This document shows, in pieces, positions 13,395-27,975 of a stretch of DNA of 64,000 nucleotides. Origin of the DNA: the human T2T-CHM13v2.0 reference genome, Homo sapiens; assembly GCF_009914755.1 (NCBI RefSeq), contig NC_060929.1; one strand, 5' to 3'. The number at the start of each line of letters is the position of its first letter. The first letter of the stretch is position 1. Both the position numbers and the translations under genes were made by a program. The notes beneath the pieces were generated by a model. The model did no database searches. It was not told the origin of the DNA and saw nothing but the letters and a program-made list of their open reading frames with translations.

Positions 13395-15668
13395 GGGAAG
13401 CAGTTTTCAGCTTTAATATGTAAAAAAGCTTAGGAATCACCACTCTACCCCTGTCCTTACAACAAGTGAAAAAACTGAACAAATAGAAAATAACACTTCT
13501 GTTGGATAGATTAGAAAAATGAAGTCACAGTGCAAAATGCCATATGCAAATCTTGAGAGACAGATGAGTATGGAGAATCCCAAAAGAAGTCAGCTTAAAT
13601 GGAGCAGAAACCATTAGAGCCATGAGGTGCTAGGAACACTACAATGATAGTTCTGAGAAATTGCTGGTGACTGCATATGGACTAGTGTGAGTGTGAAAAA
13701 TTCTTGGGGCCCACTCTTAAGGGAACCCACACTTTTGTGGGTTTTACCTCTAGAACATTTTGTGTTTTCTTGTTGAAGATCAGAGAACAGTACTCATAAA
13801 ACTCTGGCATGGTGGAGAAAATGTTAACTATTTTGAAACACAGCTAAGGCATTCTTCATAGCAAATACCTACTCTCCAGTTAAAAAGGAATTGTCTTATC
13901 ATACCTAGGAGGAAGAGCATTTGTGCAGTGTCAACCATCTCTGACTTTCCTGTTTTACCTAAGAGCAGAACACAGCTAAGAAACAATCATAAAGCCACAG
14001 TCCAGAAGCACAGGAACACCGAGACTGTTTATCATAAGATTATGGAATGCTTACTTTTCTCTACACCTTATCTCCATATCTCCATTTCTTCAGTAAAATA
14101 ATAGAAGGTCACAGCTGAAGAAGTTACAAGGCACAAAGTCTATTTAAGAGGAGGTTCCTTAAGGAAATCCAAAGTAGTAGGACAGACAAAAACACTAGTG
14201 ATATTTGAAGTTTCTGGTGTCTACAGCTACAGCAAATATTAAACACAACCCAACTTCTACCTGGATTAACATAAAATCTTACAATAAAGATCTGTTTTCC
14301 TCAGTTCCTATTATCTGAAATATCATGTCTCATTCTTGGCACAAAATGTAAAGGCATTCCATAAAGCAGGAAAAATTACTCTGAAGAGACAAAGCATGTA
14401 TGAGAAACATATAGGTATAAAATTATTCACATAGATAATTTAAAATAATTATAATCAATATGATGAGGACCATAGTGGAAAAGAGACAAAATCCAACAGT
14501 AGATGGGTAATATAAGCAGAGAGATGTAAACTCTAACAAAGAAGCAAAGGAAATAGTACAAATAAAAATCACTATCATAAAAATAAAGAATGCCTTTTAG
14601 CTCTGCAGTAGACTGGACATGGCTAAGGAAAGAATAAGTAATCTTGGAGACATTTCAGTAGCAACTCCATAAACTGAAATGCAAAAAGAAAAAAGAAGAA
14701 AAAAAAGAACAAATTATTCAAGAACTGAGGGACAATGATAAAAGGTTTAACATACATGCCATTGGAATACTTGAAGGAGAAAAAGAGAATGGGGTGGAAG
14801 AAACAGTGGAAGTAATAATTGTTGAGAATTTTTCAAAATTAATGATAGACTGCAAACCATTGATCCATGAACCCCATTTATCAAAAAAGGATAAATACCA
14901 AAAAATATACATCTAGCCATAAAAAAACTGAACAAAGCCTAAGATGTAATAGAGTCTTAGAAGAACCAAAGGGGGGAGAAATCTTTTCTGCAGGGCAAAA
15001 AGTGTAATTACATTAGACTTCTTGTCAAAAACTATACAAGCAAAACAGCATGAAGTAAATATTTAAAATGTGAAAGAAAAAACTCATTAACTTATAATAT
15101 TCCACAAAATTCTTCTTCAAAAACTAAGAAATAAAAAACTTTCTCAGAAACAAAAGCTTAAGGAATTTAAAACCGGCAGACCTACTTTCTGAAAAATGTG
15201 ATATTCTTTAGGGAGAAAGAAATGATACGAGTCAGAAACATGAAGCTACCTATTGAGGAGCATCAGAGAATAAATAAATAAATGAAGGCACAACAAAGTA
15301 TTTTATTTTTGTGTTTTTCATAGATCTAAAAGATAACTGTTTTTGATTAATTATAGTAACAACATATTGAATAAGTGAAATGAATCACAGTAATATAAGA
15401 GCTGAGAAGGAAAATTGATAATATGCTTTTATGAGATCCACGTGAAACAATATAGTGTTTTTCAAAGATAAACTTAAAACTATTTATAAATGTATATTTC
15501 AAACCCTAGGAACTACTGTTTTAAAAGAAATATAATTGATATGCTAAAAAAGGAGAGAAAATGGAATTTTATAGAACTCTCAATTAAAATCAGAAAAGAC
15601 AGAAAAAGGAAAAAGGAAAAAAGAACAAATTTAATAAATAGAAAGTTGTTAAAAACATGGTAGATACA
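13395..15668 (+). mobile_element. Ancient L1MD/L1MC-type element, 5' part (5'UTR, ORF1, ORF2 start)
   Basis: L1M4/MD-like 5' end, A-rich decayed ORF1 (~14400-15250) and ORF2 start-like ATGGTAGAT at ~15657. Confidence 0.7.
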
Positions 15669-15672
15669 ATAT

Positions 15673-15703
<31 letters not shown>

Positions 15704-16872
15704 CTTATTTCAATAGTTTTTAGGGTACAGCTGGTTTTTGGTTACATGAATAAGTTCCTTAGTGGCAATTTCTGAGATGTTGGTGTACCTGTCACCCAAG
15801 CAGTGTGCACTGTGCCAGATATGTAGCCTTTTATCCCTCGCCCCTCCCCACCCTTCCTTGAGTCCCCAAATCCGTTATGTCATTCTTATGCCTTTGCATC
15901 CTCATAGCTTAGCTCCCACTTATAAGTGAGAAGATACAATATTTGGGTTTCCATTCCTAAGTTATTTCACTTAGAATAATTGCCACCATCTCCATCCAAG
16001 TTGCTGCAAAGGCCATTATTTCATTCTGTTTTATGGCTGATAGTCTTCTATGGTGTATATATACTATACTTTCTTTATTGGTTGGTTGATAGGCATTTAG
16101 GTCAGTTCTATATTTTCGCAATTGCAAATTGTGCTGCCAAAAACATGCGTGTGAATGTGTCTTTTTCATATAATAGCTTATTTTCCTGTGTGTAGATAGC
16201 TAGTAGTGGAATTGCTGGATGGAATGGTAGGTCTACTTTTAGTTCTTTAAGGAATCTCCATACTGGTTTCCATAATGGTTGTACTAGTTTACATTTCCAC
16301 CAGCAGTGTAAAAGTGTACATCCATGCCAACATCTACTATTTTTTGACTTCTTAATTCTGGCCATTCTTGCAGGTGTAAGGTGGTATCACATTGTGATTT
16401 TAATTTGCCTTTCCCTGATAATTAGTGAGGTTAAGCATTTTTATTCATGTCTGTTGGCTGTTTGTATATCTTCTTTTGAAAATTTTCCATCCATGTCATT
16501 TGCTCACTTTTTGATGGGTTTTTTTTTTCTTGATGGTTTCTTTGAATTCCTTGTAGATTCTGGATATTAGTCATTTGTTGTATGCATAGTTTTCAAATAT
16601 CTTCTCCCACTCTCTGGGTTGTCTGTTTAATCTGCTGATGATTTCTTTTGCTGTGCAGCAGCCTTTTCATTTAGTTAGGTTCCATTTATTTAGTTTTGTT
16701 TTTGTGGCATTTGCTTTTGGGTTCTTAGTCATGAATTCTTTGCCTAAGCCAATGTCTAGAAGAGTTTTTTTCTGTTATTAACTTCTAGAATTTTTATGGT
16801 TTCAAGTTCTACGTTTAAGTATTTGTTCCATCTTGAGTTAATTTTTGAACAAGGTGAGAGGTGAGGATCCAG
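15669..16872 (-). mobile_element. L1PB (L1PB1-like) 3' segment with (TATT)n tail
   Basis: The L1PB 3'UTR reads CAATAGTTTTTAGGGTACAG...GGTTACATGAATAAGTTC. ORF 16108-16365 translates to the ORF2p C-terminus ([17 protein letters not shown]). Confidence 0.9.
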
Positions 16873-17332
16873 CATCCTTTTATCAGAAAAACCCTCAACA
16901 AAATTGGCACAGGAGTGAGATATCTCAAAGTAATAAAAGCCATCTTTGACAAACCCATAGCCAACATCATACTAAATGAGAAAACCTTGAAAGCATCCCC
17001 TTTGAGAACTGGAACAAGACAGAGATGTCCGTTTTGCCACTTCTATTCAACACAGTACTGGAATTTCTAGCCAAAACAATCACACAAGACAAAGAAATAA
17101 AGGGCATCAAAACTGGAAAAGAGGAAGTTAGACTGTTTCTGTTCACCTATGATATGATCATATACCTAGGACACCCTAAAGAGTCATCCAAAAAGCTCCT
17201 AAATATGATAAATGAATTCAGTGAAGTCTCAGGATACAAAATCAGTGTATCAAGTTGATAATTAAATCAAGAACTCAATCTCTTTTACAGCAGCTGCAAC
17301 AAAACCTTAGAAATATACTTTAAAGGGGTGAA

Positions 17333-17333
<1 letters not shown>
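16867..17333 (+). mobile_element. Inverted 5' segment of the same L1PB, part 1 (RT region)
   Basis: ORFs 16861-17070 and 17025-17258 give the RT motifs [13 protein letters not shown] and LFTYDMIIYL. Confidence 0.9.
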
Positions 17334-18409
<1,076 letters not shown>

Positions 18410-18731
18410 TCTACAAAAGGAAAATTACAAAACACTGCTGAAAGACATCATAACTGACACAAACAAATGGAAACACATCCCGTGCTCATGGATGGGTAGA
18501 ATCGGTATTGTGAAAATGACTGTACTGCCCTAAGCAGTCTACAGATTCAATGCAATTCTCGTCAAAATACCATCATCATTCTTCACAAAACTAGAAGAAA
18601 CAATCCTAAAATGTATGTGGGACCAAAAAAGAGCCTGCATAGCAAAAGCAATACTAAGCAAAAATAACAAATTTGGAGACATCCCATTAACCAACTTCAA
18701 ATTATACTTATAAGGCTATAGTTATCAAAAC
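18410..18731 (+). mobile_element. Inverted 5' segment of the L1PB, part 2
   Basis: AAATGGAAACACATCCCGTGCTCATGGATGGGTAGAAT (KWKHIPCSW) continues ORF2 from 17333. Confidence 0.9.
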
Positions 18732-21700
18732 TATTAACTGTTAATTTAAGTGACATTTTTATAATAATTTATCCAGCAACATCAGAATACATATTCTTCT
18801 CTTGCTCAGATGGAGCATTCACCAAGATAAGCCACATTCTATGATATAAATGGAAGTAAATTTTTTTAAAGAGTAGAAATCAACCCATGATATTCTTAGA
18901 CCAAAATAGGATTAAGCTAAAAGTTTATAAAATAGAGACAATTGAAAAACACTGAACTGTTTGGAGATTAAACAAAACACTTTTAAATAACATATAGATC
19001 TAAGATGTCTCAAGAAACATTAAAAAGTATACTGAACTAAATAAAAATGAAAATGTAAAATCAAAATTTGTGGGATGCAGAAAAATTAGTAATTACAAGA
19101 AAATTAATAGTCTTAACTGTATTACAAATGAATAAATAAAATCAACATCTGTACATTTGGAAACCAAAGAAAGGCAATTTAAAACCAAAATAGGTAGAAA
19201 AAATAAAAAATAGAGCAGATTTGTTTTTAAAAAAGAAAACAAGCATAAAAGAAAAATTAATGAAACAGAAAGCTGGTTCTTAGAGCGGGCCTATGAAATT
19301 GACAAAATTCTAGCCAGAATAATCAAGAAAAAAAAAGCAAGACACAGGCTGACTATATCAGAAATGAAAGAGGAGCATCACTTCTGATCTATTGCACAAT
19401 GAAATCATAAGAAAGTAAACTACGGACAACTCTAGGCACACAAATTTGATACTTTACATGAAATGGGCCAGTTTTTTTGAAGACACAAATTGCCAAAAAG
19501 TATGCAGGGAAAATATATAACCAGAGTTGGCCTATATCTATGACAGAAGTTGAATCCATAATTAATAAATTTTCCCAAAAAAAATCAGGCCTAGATGATT
19601 TTACTAGAGAATTGTACTAAGCATTTGAGGAAAAAAATTATACTATTCTTCAAAATCACTTCTAGAAAATAGAAGTAGAAGAAACATATTCTACATCATT
19701 CTAGGAGTCCAGCATTGTCCTAATTAAAACCATATAAAAGCATATAAGAAATGGAAACTAGAGATCAATAATAAGCATGGATGCAAAAAACTTCAACAAA
19801 ATTCTAGTAACTTGAACACAGCCAAGTATAAGATGAATAATACACCACAAACCAGTATTTTAAAAAGTAAATAATAGAAAAAAATTTAAAAAGGAAAAAA
19901 TAAATGCTGGTTGTGTACTGAAAAATCAGTTAATGTAAACCATAGCATTAACATAATAAGAAAAATTGTGCAATCATATCAATTAATGCAGAAAAAGCAT
20001 TTGACAGAATTTAACATCCCATTAATGGTTAAAACTTTTGCAAATCAGAAATAGAGGGAAGTGTATCAATTGTGTAAAGAATATGTACAAAAATTCCTGC
20101 AGCTAACGTCAGCCTAGATAATTTATCCTTAAGATCAGCAACAAGGCAACAACTACTTCACTTCCTACAACATTCAACATTGTACTGGAAGTTCTAGTTA
20201 GTACAGTAAGACAAGAAAAGGGAATAGAAGGTATGTGATCGGGAAAGAAGAAATAAAGCTATCTTTGTTCACAGATGACAACATTACCTATGTACGACAT
20301 CCAAAAGAACTGAAAAAATATTTTCTGCAAGTAATGAATTAATGTATTAAAGTCCCAGGATAACAATATACAAAGGTATAAAAATATACAAAAGAATGCT
20401 ATGTCAGCAATGAACAATTGCAATTTGAATTAAAAATATTATTTATGATATAAACAATTAAATACTTAGGTATAAATATAACAAAATATATATAGGATCT
20501 ATACATAGAAAGCTGTAAAATCTTTATAAAAGAAGTAAAAGCATATCTAAATAAATGGAGACAAATTTCATTTTCATGGATTAGAAAACTCAATGTTGTA
20601 AGAATGTCAGTTCTTTCCAAATTAATCAATAGGTAAACTCAATCTTAGCCAAAATCCTAAAATGCTATTTTTCTAAACATTGACAAACTAATCTTAAAGT
20701 TTGTATGGAAAGAAAAAAGATCTAGAACAGCCAAGACAATATGAAAGAACAAAGTTGGAGAACTCAAACTAAGCAACTTTAGTTAAAGCTACAATGAAGC
20801 TGTAAAAAAGGCAGCATGATATTGTTAAAGGAATAGGTAAATCAATAGAAAATACTAGCTTAAAAACAGACCCTTACAAATATAGTCAACTTTTCTTTGA
20901 CTAAAGGAACAAAGCAAGTTGTGGGGAAAAAAGATAGCCTTTTCAACCAATGGTGCTAGACAAATTTGACATTGATGAAACAAACTAACAAACAAAAGGA
21001 ATCTAGATTAGTCCTCACACTTTTCACAAAAATTAACTAAAAATGGATCATAGACTTAAATGGAAAACACAGTGCAATAATATAACACTTCTAAAGGATA
21101 ACAAGAAAAATACAGGTGACCTGAGTTAGGTGATGAGTTTTTACATATAACACCAAAAGCATGATCCAAGAAAGAAAAAATTCATAAGTTGACTTAATTA
21201 AAAATTAAAAAGTCTTCTCTGCAAAATGCACTATTAAGAGAATGAAAAGAAATACCATAGACTAGGAGAAAACATATTTCATAAAGGTTTTGTATCCAAA
21301 TTCACAAATATTATTAAAATTCAGAAATAATAAAAGAATCTCACCCTCCAAAAGTGCAAATCATCTGAACAGACACCTCAAAAATAGAATGTACAGATGG
21401 CAAATATGCATATAAAAATACTCAATATTATTTGTCATCAGGGAATTGCAAATTAAAACGACAATGAAGTATTACCACATTCTGATTACAATGGCTAAAA
21501 TCCAAAAAAGTAAAAAAAAAATTCTAACATAGATTGCTGGTGAGCATGCAAAGCAACAGGAACCTTCATTCATTGCTGGTGGGAATTCAAAATGTACTGG
21601 TTTGGAAGTTTATTACAAAGAACGTAGTCTTACCTGTGATCCAGCAATTGGGCTCCTAGTAATTTACTCAAATGATGTGAAAATTTATGCCTACACAAAA

Positions 21701-22234
21701 ATAGCACCAAGAATTTTATCGTAGCTTTACTCACATATGTCAAAACTGGAAGAAATCAATGAAGCAAACTTTATCTTCAAAAGGTGAGGGGATATTATTC
21801 AGTGATAAAATGAGTTATCAGTCAACAAAGAGAAATAGATGGATCTGAAAGTTACATTACTAAGACAAAGATGCTACAATAAATAGCCTACATACCATAT
21901 GACTTCAGTTATATGACGTTCTTCAAAATGCAAAATTGTACAGATGATAAAAAGGTCAGTGACTGCCAGTGGTTCAGGGGGAGGACTAGCGGTTTGAATG
22001 GGTGAAGCACAGATGAAATCTAGTACAATGAAATTTTTCTGTTTGAAACTCTAATTCTGGATACATGACATGATACATTTTTCAAAACGCATAGAATTTT
22101 ACATCATGAACAGTTAATCATATTGTTCAAATGCTTCCTTCCAAAAAGTACAGGATGGAAAGATGGGAAAAAATGATACATTTACTGTGTAGAAACTACA
22201 ATCTTCCTTCCTAAAACTCTTAACTCCCATCTGA

Positions 22235-22277
<43 letters not shown>

Positions 22278-22678
22278 CAGACAAATCCCAGTTGAATTAC
22301 ATTTAATAAAGTATCCTGAGCAGTACTCCAAACTAGCAAGATCATCAAAAACATGAAAATTCTGAGAAACTGTCATGACCAAGGTAAGGCTAAAGAGATA
22401 TAACAAAATACAATCTTGTATCTTAGACAAGATCCTGGTACAAAACATGACATTAGGTCAAAACTAATGAAATCTGAATGAAATATGGCTTTAATAATAA
22501 TTCGTCAGCAGTGGTTTATCAATCTGAACAAATATACTATGCTAAAATGTTACTAATAGGAGAAATGAGTTAAGGGTACATCAGAACTCTCTACTACTTC
22601 CTCAGTTTTCTAAAACTAAAGAATCTAAAACAGAATCTAAAACAGTCCTATACAGTCAAATCTATTTTTTAAAAAAGT
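18732..22678 (+). mobile_element. Ancient L1MD/L1MC-type element, ORF2 and 3'UTR (continuation of 13395-15668)
   Basis: Decayed EN (TSEYIFFS..GAFTKISHIL), RT (GCAGAAAAAGCATTTGAC, TTCACAGATGAC) and C-terminal motifs in order, then an L1MD-like 3'UTR. Confidence 0.8.
22236..22273. repeat. (CA)n microsatellite
   Basis: Directly visible. Confidence 0.97.
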
Positions 22679-23192
22679 GATTCTTATAGTTTTAGAAATC
22701 ACATATAAACTCTATCAAATTAAATTGTTTATTATATTATAAAACTATTCCGTAATTATTTTTAAAGGTTTATCCTAGGATTACAAGAATAATGACTCAA
22801 TAAAAATATATTGATATAATAAAATATGTAACGTAAAAGAGAAAGAACTATCATTTGAATAGATGCTAAAAAAGCCATGATCAAATTGAAAACAGCCCTT
22901 AAAATTTTGTATGGCCTAGTAATATAATCATATTTTAAGATTCTAAAAATAATTAAAAACAAATAAACAGCCTGTGCAACACTATAGGAGACTCATTATA
23001 GTGAAGACCAAAAGAGGTATATGCATTATCACTGCAATACTCAAAGTTTGTGGTTGAAGTATGAGTTAATTCACCCAGACACAGATATTAAAAATTAGAC
23101 AATAAATTTCAACTGTTTCACAGAAAATGGAGTTGTCTAAATAGACTAAAATCTATTGGAAATTATTAGAACTGATATGAGGATTATGTGGT

Positions 23193-23775
23193 TGTATTGA
23201 TTTCCTAGGGCTTGTGTAATAAATTACAACAAATTAAGCAGCTTAAAACAACAGAAATTTATCGTCTCATGGTTCTGGAAGCTAAAAGCTCAAAACAAAA
23301 GTTTGGGTAGGGCTGTGCTTTCTCTGAAGTCTCTAGAGGAAGATCCTTCCTTGCCTCTTGTAGTATCTAGTAACCCCAGTCATATTGAGTTAGGGTTTAG
23401 CCCAACCTAAACTGATCTTGGCTAGTCCTCCTCCTGAACCACTGGCAGTCACTGACCTTTTTATCATCTCTACAATTTTGCATTTTGAAGAATGTCGTAT
23501 AACTGACAACATAATTCCAATCTCCGCTTTCACCTTCACATGGTCATCTTCCTTCTGTATCTATGTATCTCTGTGTATTCACATGGCATTCTTCTCCCTG
23601 TGTCACTGCTTTGTCTTATAAAAGCAGCAGTCATATTGGGTTAGGGTTTAGCCCAAACTAAACTGATCTCAATTATATTCACAAAGACTTTATTTCCAAA
23701 TAAGCTCATATTCACAGGTACTGAGGGTTAGGACTTCAAGATATCATTTTTGGGAACACAATTCAATCTATAGCA
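23193..23775 (-). mobile_element. MLT1B/MLT1C-like MaLR LTR carrying an internal templated insertion
   Basis: TGTATTGATTTCCTAGGGC...GCTTAAAACAACAGAAATTTAT...GGGAACACAATTCAATCTATAGCA. Confidence 0.85.
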
Positions 23776-24476
23776 GTGGTATAAAAGAGAACAAATAAAT
23801 AACAGTTTTCATATACACCAACAATAACCAATTGAAAGCATGTTTGTGTGTGAGTGTATGTGTCCTTGTTTGTATAAAATATATATATATTTATATTTAC
23901 TCACAAATAACTAAAACATTAAAATATATTCATATATACATTTTAACTATATATTCATGGATTACATATAAATATACATATTATATATTTATATAGTGTA
24001 TACTTTTATTAAAGATATAACATAGTGGTTCTATCACATCCTAGCTCTATGACCTTAGGTGCTTCCAGAAACCTCTCAATATCTCTGTCAATGTTTCTGG
24101 TGTTTTCAATAGGCACCAAGATATTGTAGTGATGATTAAATGTGTGGTATTTTTTTAAGATCAAGTCCTAGCACAGTATATATTTAAGATCATGCAGTTC
24201 AGTGATTAATTGTAAGAAATTCAAGCTTTATGTGAAGGAGCACATAAAACTTTATGTGATACATTAATGAATAATTTATTGAATAAATATTTCTGTGTAG
24301 GGAAAATAAAATTGTAAAGATACAAAGTTTCCTCATTTAAAGTATAGATTTGTAATGCAAACTCAATTAAAACCTAACTTCTATTTACGAAAGAACTTGT
24401 TAATGATACTCCTAAGCATTCTGATACAGAACTGTGTAAGAACTATACAGAAATTTTTGAAGAATAAAAGTAGTAA

Positions 24477-25216
24477 GACTTGTAGTTTTCTTTTTCTCAT
24501 CGTGTCTCTGCCAGGTTTTGGTATCATGATAATGCTGGCTTTGCAGGATGAGTTAGGGAGGATTCCCTTTTGATGTTTTGTAATAGTTTCTGTAGGCTTA
24601 GCATCAGCTCTGTGGACATTTGGTAGAATTCGGCCATGAATCTTTCTGATTGAGGGCTTTTTTAGGTTAGGAGGTTTTTTTATTACTGATTCAATTTTGG
24701 AACTCATTATTGGTCTGTTCAGAGCTTCAATTTATTCTAGTCCAATTTTGTAAGGCTGTATATGTTCAGGACTTTGTCCGTTTCCTCTAGAATTTCTAGT
24801 TTGTGTCCATAGAAATGTTCATAATAGTCACTGAGGATCATTTCTATTTCTATGGTATCAGTTGTAATGTCATGTTCATCATTTCTGATTGTGCTTATTT
24901 GAATCTTCTCTCTCTTTTTATTTGTTAATCTAGCTGGTGGTATATCACTGATGAACATACATGCAAAAATCCTTAGCAAAATACTAGCCAACCAAATCCA
25001 GCTGCACATCAAAAAGTTAATCCAACACAATCAAGTAGATTTTATTCCTGGGATTCAGGGTTGGTTCTACATACACAAATCAATACAGGTGATTCACCAC
25101 CTAAAAAGAATTAAAACAAAAACCAAATGATAATCTCAATAGATGCAGAAAAAGTTTTCAATAAAACCCAACATCTCTTTTGATACAAATTCTCGGAAAA
25201 GTAGGTATCAAAGAAA
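24477..25216 (+). mobile_element. L1PA15/16-like element, 5' part with inverted segment (24477-24941 antisense, 24942-25216 sense)
   Basis: The antisense piece encodes IESVIKKPP and MIPKPGRDT; the sense piece begins ATATCACTGATGAACATACATGCAAAAATCC, the adjacent L1 sequence. Confidence 0.85.
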
Positions 25217-26772
25217 TGGAACTACAAGTTACTATTCAAAGAAATCAGAGATGACACAAAGAAATGGAAAAACATTTCATGCATATGGATAGGAAGAATT
25301 GATGTTGTTAAAATGTCCATATTCCCCAAAGCAATTCATAGATTCAATGCTATTTTTATTAAACTATAATTTACATTTTTATAGAACTAGAAAAACTATT
25401 TTAAAATTAATATGAAACCAAAAAGTTGCTCAAATAGACAAGGCAATCCTAAGCAAAAACCATACACCTACAATTATCTGATCTTTGCTAAACCTGACAA
25501 AAACAAGCAATAAGAAAAGGATTCCTTACTCAGTAAGTGGTGCTGGGATAACTGGCTAGCCATATGCAGAAGTTTGAAACTGGACCCCTTATAAAAAATC
25601 AACTCAAGATGGATTAAAGAGTTAAATGTAAAACCCAAAATTATAAAATCCTTGGAAGACAACCTATGCAGTTACATTCAGGACATAGGCATGGGCAATT
25701 TCATGATGAAGACATCAAAAGCAACTACAAAAAAAACAGAAATTGACAAATGGGATCAAAGTAAACTAAAGGGCTTCTGCACAGCAAAAGAAACTATCAA
25801 CAGAGTAAACAGACAACCTACAGTTCATGAGAAAATATTCACAAACTATGCATCAACAAATGTCTAATATCCATCATCATTAAGGAACTTAGACAAATTT
25901 ACAAGAAAAAACCCCACAAATAATTCAATTAAAAAATGGGCAAAGGACATGAACAGATGCTTTTCAAAAGAAGACATACATGCAGCCAACAATTACAAAA
26001 AGAAGTTCAACATCACTGATCATTAGAGAAATGCAATGCAAAACTACAATGAGATACCATTTAATATCACTCAGAATGGCTGTTATTAAAAAGTCAAAAA
26101 AACAGATGCTGGTGAGGTTGTGGAGAAAAAAGAGTGCTTACATACTGTTGGTGGGAGTATAAATTAGTTCAGCCATTGTGGGAGACAGTGGCAATTCCTC
26201 AAAGACCTAAAGACAGAAATACCGTTCAATCCAGCAATTCCATTACTGGGTATGTACCCAAAGGAATATAAATCATTCTATTATAAAGATACTTGCATGC
26301 CTATGTTCATTGCAGCACTATTCACAATTGCGAAGACATGCAATCAACCTAAACGCCCATCAATGATAGGCTTGATAAAGAAAATATGGTACATATATAC
26401 CAGGAAATTCTATGCAGCCTTAAAAAAAGAATGAGATCATGACCTTTGCAGGGACACAGATGGACCTGGTGGCCATTACCCTTAGCAAACTAACACAGGA
26501 ATAAAACACTACATACTGCATGTTCTAACTTACAAGTGGGAGCAAAATGATGAGAACACAAGGACACATAGAGTGGAACAACACACACTGGGCCTTTTGG
26601 AGGTTGAAAGGTGTGAGGAGGGAGAGGATCAGGAAAAATAACTAATGGATACTAGGCCTAATAGCTGGGTAATGAAATAATCTGTACAACAAACACCCAT
26701 GACAAAAGTTTACCTATGTAACAAACCTGCATTTGTACACTTGAACTTAAAATAAAAGCTACAAAAAAAAAA
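25217..26772 (+). mobile_element. 5'-truncated L1PA11-13-like element nested in the L1PA15/16-like element
   Basis: ORF2 3' end, 3'UTR (GGATCAGGAAAAATAACTAATGG) and poly(A). The host L1 resumes in register at CATACCTCAACATAATG (26775). Confidence 0.85.
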
Positions 26773-26774
26773 GT

Positions 26775-27975
26775 CATACCTCAACATAATGAGAACCATC
26801 TATGACAATCCCTCAGCCAACACTATGACGAATTGGCAAAATCTGGAAACATTTCCCTTGAGTACTGAAACAAAACACAGATATCCACTCTTACCATCCT
26901 ATTCAACACAGTACTGGAAGTCCTGGCCAGAGCAATCAGGCAAGAAAAAGACTTAATAGGCATCCAAATCAGAAAAAAAAAAGCCAAGCTGTCTTTCTTT
27001 GCTGAATATATTATTCTATACCTAGAAAACCCTGAAGAGTCTGCCAAAAGTCTCCTTGAACTGATAAATGACTTCAATAAAGTCTTAGTATATAAAATCA
27101 ATGTACAAAACTCAGTAGCATTTCTATATGCCAATAATGTTCAAGCTGAGAGCACAATTAAGAAAGCAATCCCATTCATAATAACCACACATAAGAAAAT
27201 ACCCAGGTATACATCTAACTAAGGAGGCAAAAGTTCTCTACAAGGAGAACTAGAAAATACTGTTGAACTAAATCAGAGCTGACACAAATAGAAAAAATAT
27301 TGCATGCTCATGAATTGGAAGAATTGATACTGCTAAAGTGGCCATACTGCCCAGAGCAATCTACAGATTCAACGCCATTCCTATCAAACTACCAATGTAA
27401 TTTTTCACAGAATTAGAACAAAGTATTCTAATATTCACATGGAACCAAAAAAGAGACTAAATAGCCAAAGCAATCCTAAGCAAAAAGAACAAGCCAGAGA
27501 CATCACATTATCTGATTTCAAGCTATACTACAATGCTATAGTAACCAAAATAGCATGGTACTAATACCAATATGAAAATATAGACCAAAAGAACACAATA
27601 GAAAACCCAGAAATACAGCCACACATCTACAACCATCTGATCTCCAATGAAGTTGACAGAAACAAGCAATGGGGAAAGACTCCCTATTAAATAAATGTTA
27701 CTGGCTACCCCTATACAGAAGAATGAAACTGGATCCCTACCTTTGACCACGTAAAAAAATTAACTCAAGATGGATTAAACATTTACATGTAAGACTTCAA
27801 GCTGTACAATTCTAGAAGAAAACCTAGAAAATATTCTTCTCAGTATCAGCCTTGTCAAAGAATTTATGGCTAAGTCCACGAATCAATTGTAACAAAACCA
27901 AAAATTGGTGAGTGGGACCTAGTTAAACTAAAGACCCTGTGCACAGCAAGAGAAACTACTGATGGGATAAACAGA
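26775..27975 (+). mobile_element. L1PA15/16-like element, middle ORF2
   Basis: RT and downstream ORF2 sequence collinear with the segment ending at 25216. Confidence 0.85.

Noticed and set aside
23377-23669. 42-bp direct repeats containing TTAGGG as CRISPR-like or telomeric repeats
   Set aside because: There are only two copies, derived from MLT1 LTR sequence, with a single TTAGGG each, in a eukaryotic context.
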